A stretch of DNA of 64,000 nt from an uncultured delta proteobacterium (GCA_963816145.1 CAWFJP010000001.1:224001-288000); one strand, 5' to 3'. Positions 19,302-29,125 are shown, counted from the stretch's first letter. The notes: a model not told the origin generated them from the sequence alone. Numbers and translations are program-made.

Positions 19302-19715
19302 CTAATAGGCAGGGAAAACGCAGCTTCCGGCGTCTGGACACAAAGTGGTCGTAGCATCCAATGGAATCTTGTGCGTACCGGCGAGGTGATCGATCAGACC
19401 CACCCGGCTGACAAAACCTTCGTTGTGCAGCACGCAAAAATACGGCTCATTGACCACCACCGTCGGCGGTAGGATGTAGGATTGCGCATAAGGTGAGATC
19501 ACCACTACCGGTGGATAATAGGGTTGATAATAATAGGGGTAAACATCATGAAATTGGCGCTGGGCACCCACCCGATTGGGCACGCTGCCGGAAAAAAACC
19601 TTGCGCCAGAGCTGGCACGCGGCGCCACGATCACTCGCCGCGGCCCCGCGCCGACCTCAGCGACCAGGATCATCCCTAGTGCTAGTATCGTTATCGCGCT
19701 CAGTATCGGTTTCAT
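19302..19715 (-). CDS. Secreted hypothetical protein with Pro/Tyr-rich linker and zinc-finger-like motif
   Basis: Signal peptide MKPILSAITILALGMILVAEVGA; GGGAGG RBS; YFCVLHNEGFVSRVGLIDHLAGTH. Confidence 0.7.
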   Translation of the reverse strand: MKPILSAITILALGMILVAEVGAGPRRVIVAPRASSGARFFSGSVPNRVGAQRQFHDVYPYYYQPYYPPVVVISPYAQSYILPPTVVVNEPYFCVLHNEGFVSRVGLIDHLAGTHKIPLDATTTLCPDAGSCVFPAY

Positions 19716-19873
19716 TGCTGCCCTCCCGGCAAAATCCCATGCATTTGGTCAAGCAGTACACAACATTAGACGTTTGAGACGGTAGAATCTTAACGGCATG
19801 GCGAGTAACGGTCATTCGGATTTCCCGAATTGCACCGCCATCGACCTCGGGATAAGGTCGCCGTCAACACATC

Positions 19874-20740
19874 ATGCTCGCGATTATCTTCGGCTTATTC
19901 GCCTCCTTCTGGTTCGCCCTGTCCATGGTTCTCATCAACCGGGGTGTCCTGGTTATCGATTACTTTCGCGGCCTGCTCACCAACCTGGGCGTCAACGCGC
20001 TGTTTCTCTGGCTCTACATCTGGCTGTTTGTCGACCGCATCGAACTGTGGCTTCCCGCCAATCTGATCTTCGTTCTCGTCGGCATTTTTGTCCCCGGCGT
20101 CGCGCGCTTCTTCATGTTCAAAGGCATGGAGCGGCTGGGCGCGTCGATTACCTCCTGTCTCACCAATAGCACGCCGCTGTTCGCCACCTTATTCGCTGTG
20201 TCACTTCTCGGGGAACACCCGAGCCCGACCAATCTCCTCGGCACGTTCTCCATCGTCGCCGGCATCGTTGCGCTCAACTGGAAAGGCACCAGCAAAACCT
20301 GGCACAGCCGCGATCTATTGTTCCCGCTCACCGCCGCGTTTCTCTTCGCCGCCCGCGATAACATGGTTCGCTTCGGTTTGCTGAAAATCCATTCGCCGCT
20401 GGTCGGCGCCACCATCGCAGCCACCACATCGTTCCTGACCATGTCGCTGTTGTATATGCTTTTCGAAGAAAAAAAGCCGCTGCAAGCCACCGCCCGCAAA
20501 GGCTTCCAACTGTTCGCCGCCGCTGGCTTTCTGAACTTCCTCTCCTACGCCTTCGCCTACACTGCCTTGAGCATGGAGCGTGTCTCGCTGATCTCCCCGC
20601 TGATCAACGGCTCCTCATTGTTCGTCCTACCGCTTTCGGCTTTGCTGCTAAAAGATGTCGAGGAACTTACGACAAGAAAGATCTGCGCGACGATGCTAGT
20701 GATCCTCGGGGTATTTTTGATTTCCTGGGAAAAGATGTGA
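19874..20740 (+). CDS. EamA/DMT family transporter
   Basis: About 10 TM helices in two repeats; PLFATLFAVSLLGE and LSALLLKDVEE motifs. Confidence 0.85.
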   Translation: MLAIIFGLFASFWFALSMVLINRGVLVIDYFRGLLTNLGVNALFLWLYIWLFVDRIELWLPANLIFVLVGIFVPGVARFFMFKGMERLGASITSCLTNSTPLFATLFAVSLLGEHPSPTNLLGTFSIVAGIVALNWKGTSKTWHSRDLLFPLTAAFLFAARDNMVRFGLLKIHSPLVGATIAATTSFLTMSLLYMLFEEKKPLQATARKGFQLFAAAGFLNFLSYAFAYTALSMERVSLISPLINGSSLFVLPLSALLLKDVEELTTRKICATMLVILGVFLISWEKM

Positions 20741-20781
20741 AGCTGCGAATCGAGCCGCTAGAAAATTAGGCCGCCAATTCG

Positions 20782-21501
20782 TCAATGCACCGTCGGGCCG
20801 CGATCGTCGTCTTTGCCGCCGGGGAGTACTTGGAAGCGTTTTTTTAGGCGGTTCAAGCGGCGGCGGTCACGGTGATCTTTGAACCATTCCCAGGGGTTGA
20901 AGCCGCGCAGGTAGATATAGCCGAACGCCATGCCGCCGAGATGGGCGAAGTGAGCGATGCCGCTTTCACCCGAACTTAGCGACGAGTAAAGCGCGATGGC
21001 GCCGATGATCCAGACGAAGTGCTTCATCTTGATCGGGAATAGAAAATAAAAGTAAACGATGCGGTCGGGATAAATCAGCCCATAGGCGAGCAGCAGGCCG
21101 TAGATGCCGGCCGAGGCGCCGATGCTCGGCCCCAATTGATTGGGCAAGAACACGACGTTGAGAATCGCGCCGCCGATGACCGTGACAAAGTAATATTTGA
21201 GAAAAAACGGCGCGCCCCAGCGCCGCTCCAGATCGCAGCCGAACATCCACAGGGCGAGCATGTTGAACAAAATATGAAACAGGCCGCCATGGAGAAACTG
21301 GTAGGTGAAAAGTTGCCAGAGATAAAACTCGTTGAGAACCAAATGCGGCACCAGGCCGAGATAATGGCTCAGCCGGTAGTCGAGGCCGACGCCGATGACG
21401 GTCTGCACGACAAACACCGCCACGTTGGCGATCAGCAGAAACTTCACCGCCGGCGTCACACCGCCGCCGCCGAAACTCATCCGTCGGGTTTGATATTGCA
21501 T
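20782..21501 (-). CDS. Rhomboid family intramembrane serine protease
   Basis: WQLFTYQFLH, HILFNM, GASAG (catalytic Ser), AHLGG (catalytic His). Confidence 0.92.
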   Translation of the reverse strand: MQYQTRRMSFGGGGVTPAVKFLLIANVAVFVVQTVIGVGLDYRLSHYLGLVPHLVLNEFYLWQLFTYQFLHGGLFHILFNMLALWMFGCDLERRWGAPFFLKYYFVTVIGGAILNVVFLPNQLGPSIGASAGIYGLLLAYGLIYPDRIVYFYFLFPIKMKHFVWIIGAIALYSSLSSGESGIAHFAHLGGMAFGYIYLRGFNPWEWFKDHRDRRRLNRLKKRFQVLPGGKDDDRGPTVH

Positions 21502-21750
21502 TGCGTTTGAGTTTAGCGGTTATTCAGTCCGGTTAAAAGCAAGAGGTCTTGCCACAGAGACAGGGAGAACATAGAAAATAAACCTAAATCGCCTTTGCGA
21601 CCGCTGCGGTACCATCTACGAGTCCGAATCCGTCAAATTGCCTTCCTTGCGTTCTTTGCGGCCAATCCTCCGAATCCGATTTTTTTTCTCTGTGACCTTT
21701 GTATCTCGAAATTTGCGCGGATAGCGAAAATACTCGAATTCAGAAATTTA

Positions 21751-21857
21751 TCCCGCCAAGGCGCAAAGTCGCCAAGTTTGGCGAGGAAAATAATAATTCC
21801 TAAGACCGGTTTTCACCCTTATCCTCCGAACTTTGCGGACTTGGCGCCTTTGCGGGA
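21751..21857. repeat. Palindromic repeat built of CGC(A/C)AAG units
   Basis: tcccgccaaggcgcaaagtcgccaagtt ... aactttgcggacttggcgcctttgcggga; more CTTTGCG half-units scattered over 21590-21910. Confidence 0.8.
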
Positions 21858-21928
21858 GATATTCCGAGTTTCGCTTGCGGCTGTGCCGCGCTAGGTTCTT
21901 TGCGGTGAAATCCTCTTCTACCAACCCA

Positions 21929-22630
21929 CTATCCGCCCAAGTACGCCTGCCGCACCAGATCGCTTCCCGCCAACTCGCTCGCCTGGCCTTCGAGAATCAC
22001 CGAGCCGGTTTCCAACACATAGCCGCGATGGGAAATCGCCAGCGCCATGGCGGCGTTTTGCTCAACCAGCAAGACCGTGACACCGGCCTTGTTGATCGCG
22101 CGGATGTTTTCGAGGATTTGCTCGACGATTTTCGGCGCCAGTCCCATGGACGGCTCGTCGAGCAGGAGCAGTTTCGGCTTGGTCATCAGCGCGCGGCCGA
22201 TGGCGAGCATCTGCTGCTCGCCGCCCGAAAGTGTGCCGGCGTATTGTTTCTGCCGTTCTTTCAAGCGCGGGAACATCTGATAGACGAAATCGAGCTCGGC
22301 GCCGAGACTGTTTTTTGCCCGGGTGTAAGCGCCGATTTGGAGATTTTCCAACACCGTGAAGCGGGGGAAAACTTTTCGCCCCTCCGGCACATGGGCGACG
22401 CCGCGGCGAACGATCTCATGGGGCTCGACGGCGCTGAGAGTTTCGCCTTCCAACTTCACCGCGCCGGCGCGCGGCCGGAGCAAACCGGAAACCGTTTTTA
22501 ACGTCGTGGTTTTACCGGCGCCGTTGCCGCCAAGTAGCGTCACCAACTCACCCTGGGCGACGCTAAACGACACGCCTTTGAGCGCGTGAATCGCGTCGTA
22601 GTAGACGTGGATGGCGTCAACGTTGAGCAT
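21929..22630 (-). CDS. livF: Branched-chain amino acid ABC transporter ATPase
   Basis: GGNGAGKTT, LSGGEQQM, LLLDEPSMGL, LVEQN. Confidence 0.9.
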   Translation of the reverse strand: MLNVDAIHVYYDAIHALKGVSFSVAQGELVTLLGGNGAGKTTTLKTVSGLLRPRAGAVKLEGETLSAVEPHEIVRRGVAHVPEGRKVFPRFTVLENLQIGAYTRAKNSLGAELDFVYQMFPRLKERQKQYAGTLSGGEQQMLAIGRALMTKPKLLLLDEPSMGLAPKIVEQILENIRAINKAGVTVLLVEQNAAMALAISHRGYVLETGSVILEGQASELAGSDLVRQAYLGG

Positions 22631-23402
22631 TTTTCAACCAATCACCGGTGCCGAGATACGCCTCTATGACCCGCGGATCTTGGCGCACTTCGTCGGGATC
22701 ACCCTCGGCGATCTTCTCGCCGTAGTCGAGCACGTGGACCCGGTGCGACACACCCATGACCACGCGCATGTTATGTTCGATGAGTAGAATCGCTTTGACG
22801 TGGCGCCCCATGAGCTCCTTGAACAGCCCCATCAACGACTGCGCTTCGCTGGCGTTCATGCCGGCGGTCGGCTCGTCGAGCAGAAGCAACTGCGGCGCCG
22901 CCGCCAACGCCCTGGCGATCTCTAGGCGGCGTTGTTCGCCATAGGAAAGCTGCTGCGCCCATTCGTTTTCCCGGCCGCCGAGCCCAGTAATCTCGATCAG
23001 CTCCTGAGCGCGCTGATGCGCCGCCTTTTCGCGTGTGTGAAAACTCTTCGTCGCCAAAAAAATATCCGCCAAACTGGTTTGCAGACGCGTATGCATGCCG
23101 ACCAAAACATTGTCGAGCACGCTCATATGTGAAAACAGCCGGATGTTTTGAAACGTTCGGCTGATCCCCGCCCTGGTAATCGCCTCTGGCTTCAGTCCGA
23201 CCAATGAACGATCCCGGAAACGAATCTCGCCCTCGTCGGGGTGATAAATCCCGGTCAATGTGTTGAACAGCGTGGTTTTGCCGGCGCCGTTGGGACCGAT
23301 GAGCGAGGCGATCATGCCCTCTTCGATCCTCATGCTGACCAGCGACAGCGCTTGCAGTCCGCCGAAGCGTTTGGAGATATCGCGCAGTTCGAGCAGTGCC
23401 AT
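22617..23402 (-). CDS. livG: Branched-chain amino acid ABC transporter ATPase
   Basis: GPNGAGKTT, RTFQNIRLF, LSYGEQRRLEIARAL, VIEAYLG; start MALLEL at 23402. Confidence 0.9.
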   Translation of the reverse strand: MALLELRDISKRFGGLQALSLVSMRIEEGMIASLIGPNGAGKTTLFNTLTGIYHPDEGEIRFRDRSLVGLKPEAITRAGISRTFQNIRLFSHMSVLDNVLVGMHTRLQTSLADIFLATKSFHTREKAAHQRAQELIEITGLGGRENEWAQQLSYGEQRRLEIARALAAAPQLLLLDEPTAGMNASEAQSLMGLFKELMGRHVKAILLIEHNMRVVMGVSHRVHVLDYGEKIAEGDPDEVRQDPRVIEAYLGTGDWLKNAQR

Positions 23403-23442
23403 GTTTAGACTACTTCTTGCACCAACCGAGCAGACGAAGATC

Positions 23443-23607
23443 TCTCCCGCAAAGCATGCCCTGAGCCAAGTCGAAGGGGCGCAAAGACGCAAAGGTCGGA
23501 ATCATTGTCATTTCGACCGCAGGGAGAAATCCATCTTGGATCCCTGGCATCGGCTCGGGATGACGGGCTTTGGCCCGTCACTTGGCGACTTTGCGCCTTT
23601 GCGAGAG
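23443..23607. repeat. Composite nested palindromic repeat inside the liv operon
   Basis: Outer CGCAAAG...CTTTGCG arms enclose catgccctgagccaagtcgaagg (23455-23477), gtcatttcgaccgcagggagaaatc...gggatgac (23507-23564) and the hairpin tgacgggc-tttg-gcccgtca (23561-23580). Confidence 0.8.
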
Positions 23608-24855
23608 TCATTTCTTATTCTCCTGTTTCGGCGGCAAGATCCCCTGGGGACGAAAGATCATCATCACGATCAGGATTAGCCCGAAGACCATGCGCTCATA
23701 CTTGGCCGGCTCGAACTGGGCCGGCAGGTTCGCCAGCGCCAAATCGCCCAGTAATGGGATCGACAACACCGAGCCAGATTGGCGCAGGCCGTTCAACCAC
23801 AGCGATAACCCTTTGAGTAATTGCAAGTTGAGTATGGTCACGCCGGTGGCGCCGAGGATCGCGCCGGGCACCGAGCCCATGCCGCCGAGAATCACCATGG
23901 CGAGCACCCCGATGGATTCCATGAAGGTAAAGCTCTCGGGATTGATAAACACCTGCTTGGCGGCAAACAGCACGCCCACCGCCGAAGCGAACGACGCGCC
24001 GACGGCGAAACCGAGCAACTTCATGCGCACAACCGGAACCCCCATTGCCGCAGCGGCGATCTCGTCTTCGCGGATCGCTTTCCAGGCCCGGCCGACTCGC
24101 GAGTTCTCCAGTCTCTGAGTTACCAGGATGATAATAAACACCAGCAGCAAGACGAGAAAGTAAAAATACAGCGGGTAAAGCGCCGCGTCGGCAACCTGCA
24201 CGCCGAAGAACTCCAAGAGCGGCTTAAAAAACAGCGGCGGTTTGGAGATCGGCGTGATGCCCTTGGGTCCGTTGGTCAGATTGATCGGTTTGTCTAAGTT
24301 ATTGACCAGGGCGCGCACCACCTCGGCGAAGCCCAGGGTAACGATGGCGAGATAGTCGCCGCGCAGCCTGAGCACTGGCAAGCCTAAAAGCACGCCGGTC
24401 AGCGCGCCGACGGCGATACTGACAATCAAAAAGACAAAAAACCAGTTGGGCGACAACGGAAACCAGCCGCCGGCGATGAAATGATTCGCCTGGGGCGAGC
24501 CGAAAACCGCCCATAGGTAGGCGCCGATGGCATAGAATGCGACGAAGCCGAGATTGAGCAAGCCGACGAAGCCGACAACGATATTCAATCCGAGGGCGAG
24601 TGCGACGAAGATGCCGATCTGGATCGCGATTTCAAAATAATAAGCATTCGAGAACCCCAAGACCGGTAGCAGCACCAACAGGACCAGCGCACCGAAAAAA
24701 CTTTTCACGTGGCCGCTTACCGGCACGTAGTAGAGCAGCAACAGCGAGCCCTCGACGAGCAGAAAGGCCAGCACCGACTGGGGAAAGAAATAGGCGAGCG
24801 CGCAGCTCGCCGTGATGTAAAGAGAAAGACCCGCGACGGTCAAAGTCCGCCTCAT
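23608..24855 (-). CDS. livM: Branched-chain amino acid ABC transporter permease
   Basis: GLNIVVGFVGLLNLG, LRLRGDYLAIVTLGF, AIREDEIAA, FRPQGI. Confidence 0.9.
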   Translation of the reverse strand: MRRTLTVAGLSLYITASCALAYFFPQSVLAFLLVEGSLLLLYYVPVSGHVKSFFGALVLLVLLPVLGFSNAYYFEIAIQIGIFVALALGLNIVVGFVGLLNLGFVAFYAIGAYLWAVFGSPQANHFIAGGWFPLSPNWFFVFLIVSIAVGALTGVLLGLPVLRLRGDYLAIVTLGFAEVVRALVNNLDKPINLTNGPKGITPISKPPLFFKPLLEFFGVQVADAALYPLYFYFLVLLLVFIIILVTQRLENSRVGRAWKAIREDEIAAAAMGVPVVRMKLLGFAVGASFASAVGVLFAAKQVFINPESFTFMESIGVLAMVILGGMGSVPGAILGATGVTILNLQLLKGLSLWLNGLRQSGSVLSIPLLGDLALANLPAQFEPAKYERMVFGLILIVMMIFRPQGILPPKQENKK

Positions 24856-25820
24856 GCCTTGGTCTCCCGCACGGCCTCGCCGAGCAGGCCTTTGGGCCGA
24901 AAGATCAAGATGACGATCAACACGATGAACGCCACCACGTCTTTATACTCGGCGCCGAAGGCGCCGTCGGTGAGGAGCGATAGATACGACGCGGCGAACG
25001 CTTCCAACAGACCGAGCAGCATGCCGCCGACCATGGCACCGGGGATATTGCCGATACCGCCGAGCACGGCCGCGGTGAAGGCTTTCATGCCGGGAACAAA
25101 ACCGGAATAGGGGTTGACCAAGCTGTAATGAATGCCGAACAACACACCCGCCAAGCCGCCCAACGCACCGCCGACGAAAAATGTTAGCGCGATGACACGA
25201 TTGACCGGCACGCCCATGAGCGATGCCGTATCCGGATCTTGGGCAACGGCGCGAATCGCCATGCCCACGCGCGTGCGGTTGACGAAGAAGTGCAGCCCGA
25301 GCAGCGTCAAGATCGCCGTGACGATCACCAGCAGAGATTTCACCGGTATGACCAGCGACGCGCTGATCGGCAGGTTATGATCGAGGAATTCGAGGCTCGG
25401 GTAATTGAGATAAAAGGTATTGCGCCACAGGCTCTCGAACAGACGCAAGCCATCCTGCAGAAAGAACGACGCGCCGATCGCCGAGATCAACGCGACCAGT
25501 CTCGGCCCGCCCATGAGCGGCCGGTAAGCGATCCGTTCCAGCGTCATCGCCGCCAAGCCACTGATCGCCATGCCGGTCACGATAACGAGCAAAAGAATCA
25601 CCCCCGGATGGAGAGTCGCCAACAGGCCGGCGCTCTGCAGCAGCAAGAGCACCTCGACGCCGACGAAAGCGCCCAGGACGAAGATCTCGCTATGGGCAAA
25701 ATTGATAAACTCCAAGACCCCATAGACCATCGTGTAGCCCAAAGCGATGAGCGCGTACATGAAACCCAACACGATGCCGTCGAGCAATACCTGAGGGAGA
25801 ATTTCTAGTGCGATTTCCAA
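24852..25820 (-). CDS. livH: Branched-chain amino acid ABC transporter permease
   Basis: YALIALGYTMVYG..INFAH, KAFTAAVLGGIG, FRPKGLLG. Confidence 0.9.
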   Translation of the reverse strand: MEIALEILPQVLLDGIVLGFMYALIALGYTMVYGVLEFINFAHSEIFVLGAFVGVEVLLLLQSAGLLATLHPGVILLLVIVTGMAISGLAAMTLERIAYRPLMGGPRLVALISAIGASFFLQDGLRLFESLWRNTFYLNYPSLEFLDHNLPISASLVIPVKSLLVIVTAILTLLGLHFFVNRTRVGMAIRAVAQDPDTASLMGVPVNRVIALTFFVGGALGGLAGVLFGIHYSLVNPYSGFVPGMKAFTAAVLGGIGNIPGAMVGGMLLGLLEAFAASYLSLLTDGAFGAEYKDVVAFIVLIVILIFRPKGLLGEAVRETKA

Positions 25821-26000
25821 GCAGTGACGAACCCTTCAGGGACCGCATGCTAACAAATAGTTGTTTGGCTCGCTAGCCGCTTTGCAGCAAAGTTTGGCGT
25901 TTGGGAGACACGCCAAAAGCAATTCATGCCTTGCCGCGCAATCTATTGATTTGGTTTAGCCGGTTATTGACGTATAATGATGATCCATAGGAACACCATC

Positions 26001-27572
26001 ATGTCAGACGCGGTAACCACACCGGCATTAGCGCTCCCCGACGGCAACAGGAAATTGAAAAAAGGCCTGCTCATCGGCAGCGGCGTATTTGCCACCCTGC
26101 TCGCCGTCCTCCTCATCGTACCCCACTTTGTCGACTTGGGGCTGTTCAAGCGAACCTATTTGCCGCTCATCGAAGACGCCCTCGGCCGGCGCGTCGATGT
26201 CGGCGAAGTGCATCTGCGCCTGGTACCGACACCATCGATCCAAATATCCAAGCTGCGCGTCTCCGAGAGCCAATCCTTCGCCGGCAACACGTTCTTCGCG
26301 GCGCAGCAGGTGCAGCTCAAACTCCGACTTTTACCTTTGTTGCGCGGCCGCTTCGAAGTCACCGAGCTAGTGCTCGACAAGCCGGTTTTCAATTTGTTGA
26401 AGCAGGCGGACGGCAGCTTCAATTATTCCGATATCGCCACCAAGAAGGCACCGTCAACGCCGCGCCGCGAGGCCAGGAAGAAGCCCGAAGGCGGCAGCAA
26501 AAGCGTCGAAGCCATACCGCTGGTGCTGCCCAGCCGCATACGCGTCCACGACGGCCATCTGAATCTCGCCACCAAAGGTCAAACACCGGTCAACATCAAA
26601 GGAATCGACCTAGCCCTACAGGAAATGTCCAGCGACTCACCATTCCCGTTCCGCGCCTCGTTTCAATATCCCGGACTCAACACCGTCGCCCTGGAAGGCC
26701 AGTTGGACTACCAGGAAGAAAAAGCCTTGCTCGAACTCAAAAACAACCGCTTGAAGATCCAAGATTTGACGTTTCCGGTCCAAGGCAGCGTCAGCAACCT
26801 GACGACAACACCGAAGGTAAATCTGGGTTTGCACCGCGACGACGTCGACGCCAAGCCGATCTTCCAGATCCTGTCGGTCTTCGGCTTGGCTCCCGGCGAC
26901 ACGGAAATCTCCGGTCCCATGGGGCTGAACATGACGGTTGCCGGTCCATCGAACGCGCTGGTCACCGAGATACGCGGCGTTTTTAAAAACGTTTACGTTA
27001 AAGGCAAACGCGCCTTGAAGGGCAACCTGACCGGCGAGGTAAGCATCCGGCTGCCTCTTGGCGGCGGCCGAGTGAGCCAACGTTTGCAGGGTAACGGCAA
27101 ACTAGTCGCCCGCGACGGCGAGCTGACCAATGTCAACCTGATCAAAAAAATTCAGCGCGTCACCGGCATGATCGGCTTGACGCCGGACCAGCAGCGCGAA
27201 GCGACGACTTTCAAGACCATGGAGGGTGACTTCACCGTCGCTGGTGGCGTCACCGATTTCTCGCGTCTCTATCTAGTCAATCCGCAGATGGAAGTCACCG
27301 GCAACGGCACCATGACTCTCGAACAACCAACGCTCAATATCTTGCTCAATACCAGCCTGTCGCCGCTCGCGTCAGCACGCACCGGGCGCGGCCGCAGCGC
27401 GAGCTTTTTAAAAGACGGCCAAGGACGCATCGTCGTCCCTCTCAAAGTCACCGGCCCGGTGGAAAACCCGACGGTGAATTTGAACGCCGAAAAGCTCGGC
27501 GAATCCGGCCTGCCGAAAACATTGGAGAAAGGTTTCACGTCGTTTTTCAAGAATCTTTTTCGCGGCCGATGA
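26001..27572 (+). CDS. AsmA family protein
   Basis: N-terminal TM, AsmA-like LPLLRGRFEV..LVLDKP..L...DG.FNY, C-terminal PLKVTGPVENP. Confidence 0.8.
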   Translation: MSDAVTTPALALPDGNRKLKKGLLIGSGVFATLLAVLLIVPHFVDLGLFKRTYLPLIEDALGRRVDVGEVHLRLVPTPSIQISKLRVSESQSFAGNTFFAAQQVQLKLRLLPLLRGRFEVTELVLDKPVFNLLKQADGSFNYSDIATKKAPSTPRREARKKPEGGSKSVEAIPLVLPSRIRVHDGHLNLATKGQTPVNIKGIDLALQEMSSDSPFPFRASFQYPGLNTVALEGQLDYQEEKALLELKNNRLKIQDLTFPVQGSVSNLTTTPKVNLGLHRDDVDAKPIFQILSVFGLAPGDTEISGPMGLNMTVAGPSNALVTEIRGVFKNVYVKGKRALKGNLTGEVSIRLPLGGGRVSQRLQGNGKLVARDGELTNVNLIKKIQRVTGMIGLTPDQQREATTFKTMEGDFTVAGGVTDFSRLYLVNPQMEVTGNGTMTLEQPTLNILLNTSLSPLASARTGRGRSASFLKDGQGRIVVPLKVTGPVENPTVNLNAEKLGESGLPKTLEKGFTSFFKNLFRGR

Positions 27573-27630
27573 TTAGGCTGGTCAAAGGCTTTGACGTGAC
27601 GCCGCGACAGCGGAACGATCGAGATAACCG

Positions 27631-29004
27631 TCAATCCCGCGCTTCCGGCGGCGGCAGGCTCACAATTAAACTCTGCAAACTTTTCCCCTCCAAAGCTTGG
27701 GTTGTTGAAAGATCGATCTTGGCGAGCAGGTCGTCAATCTCATCCTCTTCCGGGCTGCGATCTTCCGGCACTTTGGCTTTCTTGCCGGAGTTTCTGACAC
27801 AATCGAGAATGGCTTTGATACCGATGGTTTCCGGGTCGCGGCCCAAAACATAGCTCTCGCCATCGTTCAACGGTAACACCAGCCGGGCTTCAGCGAACAT
27901 TTCCAAGATTTCTAAGACAACCCCCCCGGGTACCTTCAAATGCACCGCCAACTCAGAGACGGTCAAAGGATCGAGACCGTAGTAAAAATTGCGGCCGACG
28001 AGGTGGAGCGTGTGCAGCGCCAGCTTCTCGCGCCCCGCTGGGCTCTGGGCCAAGAATTGGCGATCGCCTTGGAAAAAATAGATATGCTGGTGCGCGTAGG
28101 CTACCTGCGCGCCGAGCAGAACGAGGACCCAACCAATGTACAGCCAAAGGAGGAACAGCAACAAGATCGCAAAGCTCGAATAGATCGCATAGTATTGCGT
28201 TGAAGACGCGACGAACTTGGCGAACCCCCAGCCCACCGATTGCCAGAGAATCGCTGCAATCAAGCCGCCGACCGCGGCGGAGCGCAGTCTTACTCGAGTG
28301 TTCGGGATAAAAACATATACAAAGGTGAACGCGCCCCAAAGCGTAAAATACGGCACCAGCCGCAACAATGTCAGCACCAGCTTGCCGAGGGCTTCGAGGG
28401 ATAACAGCGCGCGCACGATGGCAGAGTTCTGCAAGGTCGCCGTGATCGTCATCGCCACGAACACCAACACCGGCCCGACCAGTATCGCGGACAAATAATC
28501 GCTGAATTTGCGCGTCAGCGTGCGCGCCGCCCGCACCCGCCAGATATGATTGAAGCCATCTTCGATGCTATCCATCAAAGAAAGCACGGTAATGAGCAGC
28601 GCCACCAAGCCCACCGCACCGAGTGCCCCGGCGCTCATCTTGTCAACGAAACCGATCAGGTAAACGGTGATCTCCCGGCCTTTCTCGCCCAAGGGCGCCA
28701 GCGCCTGGGCCAGCACCGGCTCCATGCGATTATGCACGCCGAACGCCTTAAGGATGGAGAACAGCACCGCCAACAGCGGTGCGAGCGATAGCAACGTCTT
28801 GAACGCCAGCGCCATCGCCTGCAGGTTCACCAGGTTGTGAAAAAAATCCTGCCACACCATGACGACGATCTTGAGGGCGGAATGAAGCCAGCGCTTGACG
28901 CGCGTCAGTTCGCCGAGCTCGGTTTGCATGACCCGCTCGACCATTTGGTTCTTCATCTGCAGAATCGATCGCTTGGGTTTATGAGTTATGCGGCTGGTAG
29001 CCAT
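27631..29004 (-). CDS. YihY/BrkB family membrane protein with C-terminal winged-helix-like domain
   Basis: ALAFKTLLSLAP, IEDGFNHIW, YYAIYSSFA, LLGAQ; C-terminal SELAVHLKVP...YVLGRDPETI. Confidence 0.85.
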   Translation of the reverse strand: MATSRITHKPKRSILQMKNQMVERVMQTELGELTRVKRWLHSALKIVVMVWQDFFHNLVNLQAMALAFKTLLSLAPLLAVLFSILKAFGVHNRMEPVLAQALAPLGEKGREITVYLIGFVDKMSAGALGAVGLVALLITVLSLMDSIEDGFNHIWRVRAARTLTRKFSDYLSAILVGPVLVFVAMTITATLQNSAIVRALLSLEALGKLVLTLLRLVPYFTLWGAFTFVYVFIPNTRVRLRSAAVGGLIAAILWQSVGWGFAKFVASSTQYYAIYSSFAILLLFLLWLYIGWVLVLLGAQVAYAHQHIYFFQGDRQFLAQSPAGREKLALHTLHLVGRNFYYGLDPLTVSELAVHLKVPGGVVLEILEMFAEARLVLPLNDGESYVLGRDPETIGIKAILDCVRNSGKKAKVPEDRSPEEDEIDDLLAKIDLSTTQALEGKSLQSLIVSLPPPEARD

Positions 29005-29086
29005 AAATCTGGACTGTTCGTGAAAAAGAAATGTGAATCAGAGCTTACCAGCTTTAACTGCCACCGACAAAGGAACGGCCGGTTGA

Positions 29087-29116
29087 TTGACAAGGCGAAA
29101 CCTCGCTCGCTATGCT
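29087..29116 (+). promoter_or_regulatory. Candidate sigma70 promoter giving a near-leaderless transcript
   Basis: TTGACA-N18-TATGCT, with ATG at 29126 and no Shine-Dalgarno in between. Confidence 0.45.
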
Positions 29117-29125
29117 GCGCACAAC

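Noticed and set aside
21540-23620. Repeats as a CRISPR array or IS ends; ORFs 21595..21894 and 23405..23611
   Set aside because: No constant repeat with unique spacers, no cas or transposase gene; the ORFs are translations of the repeats
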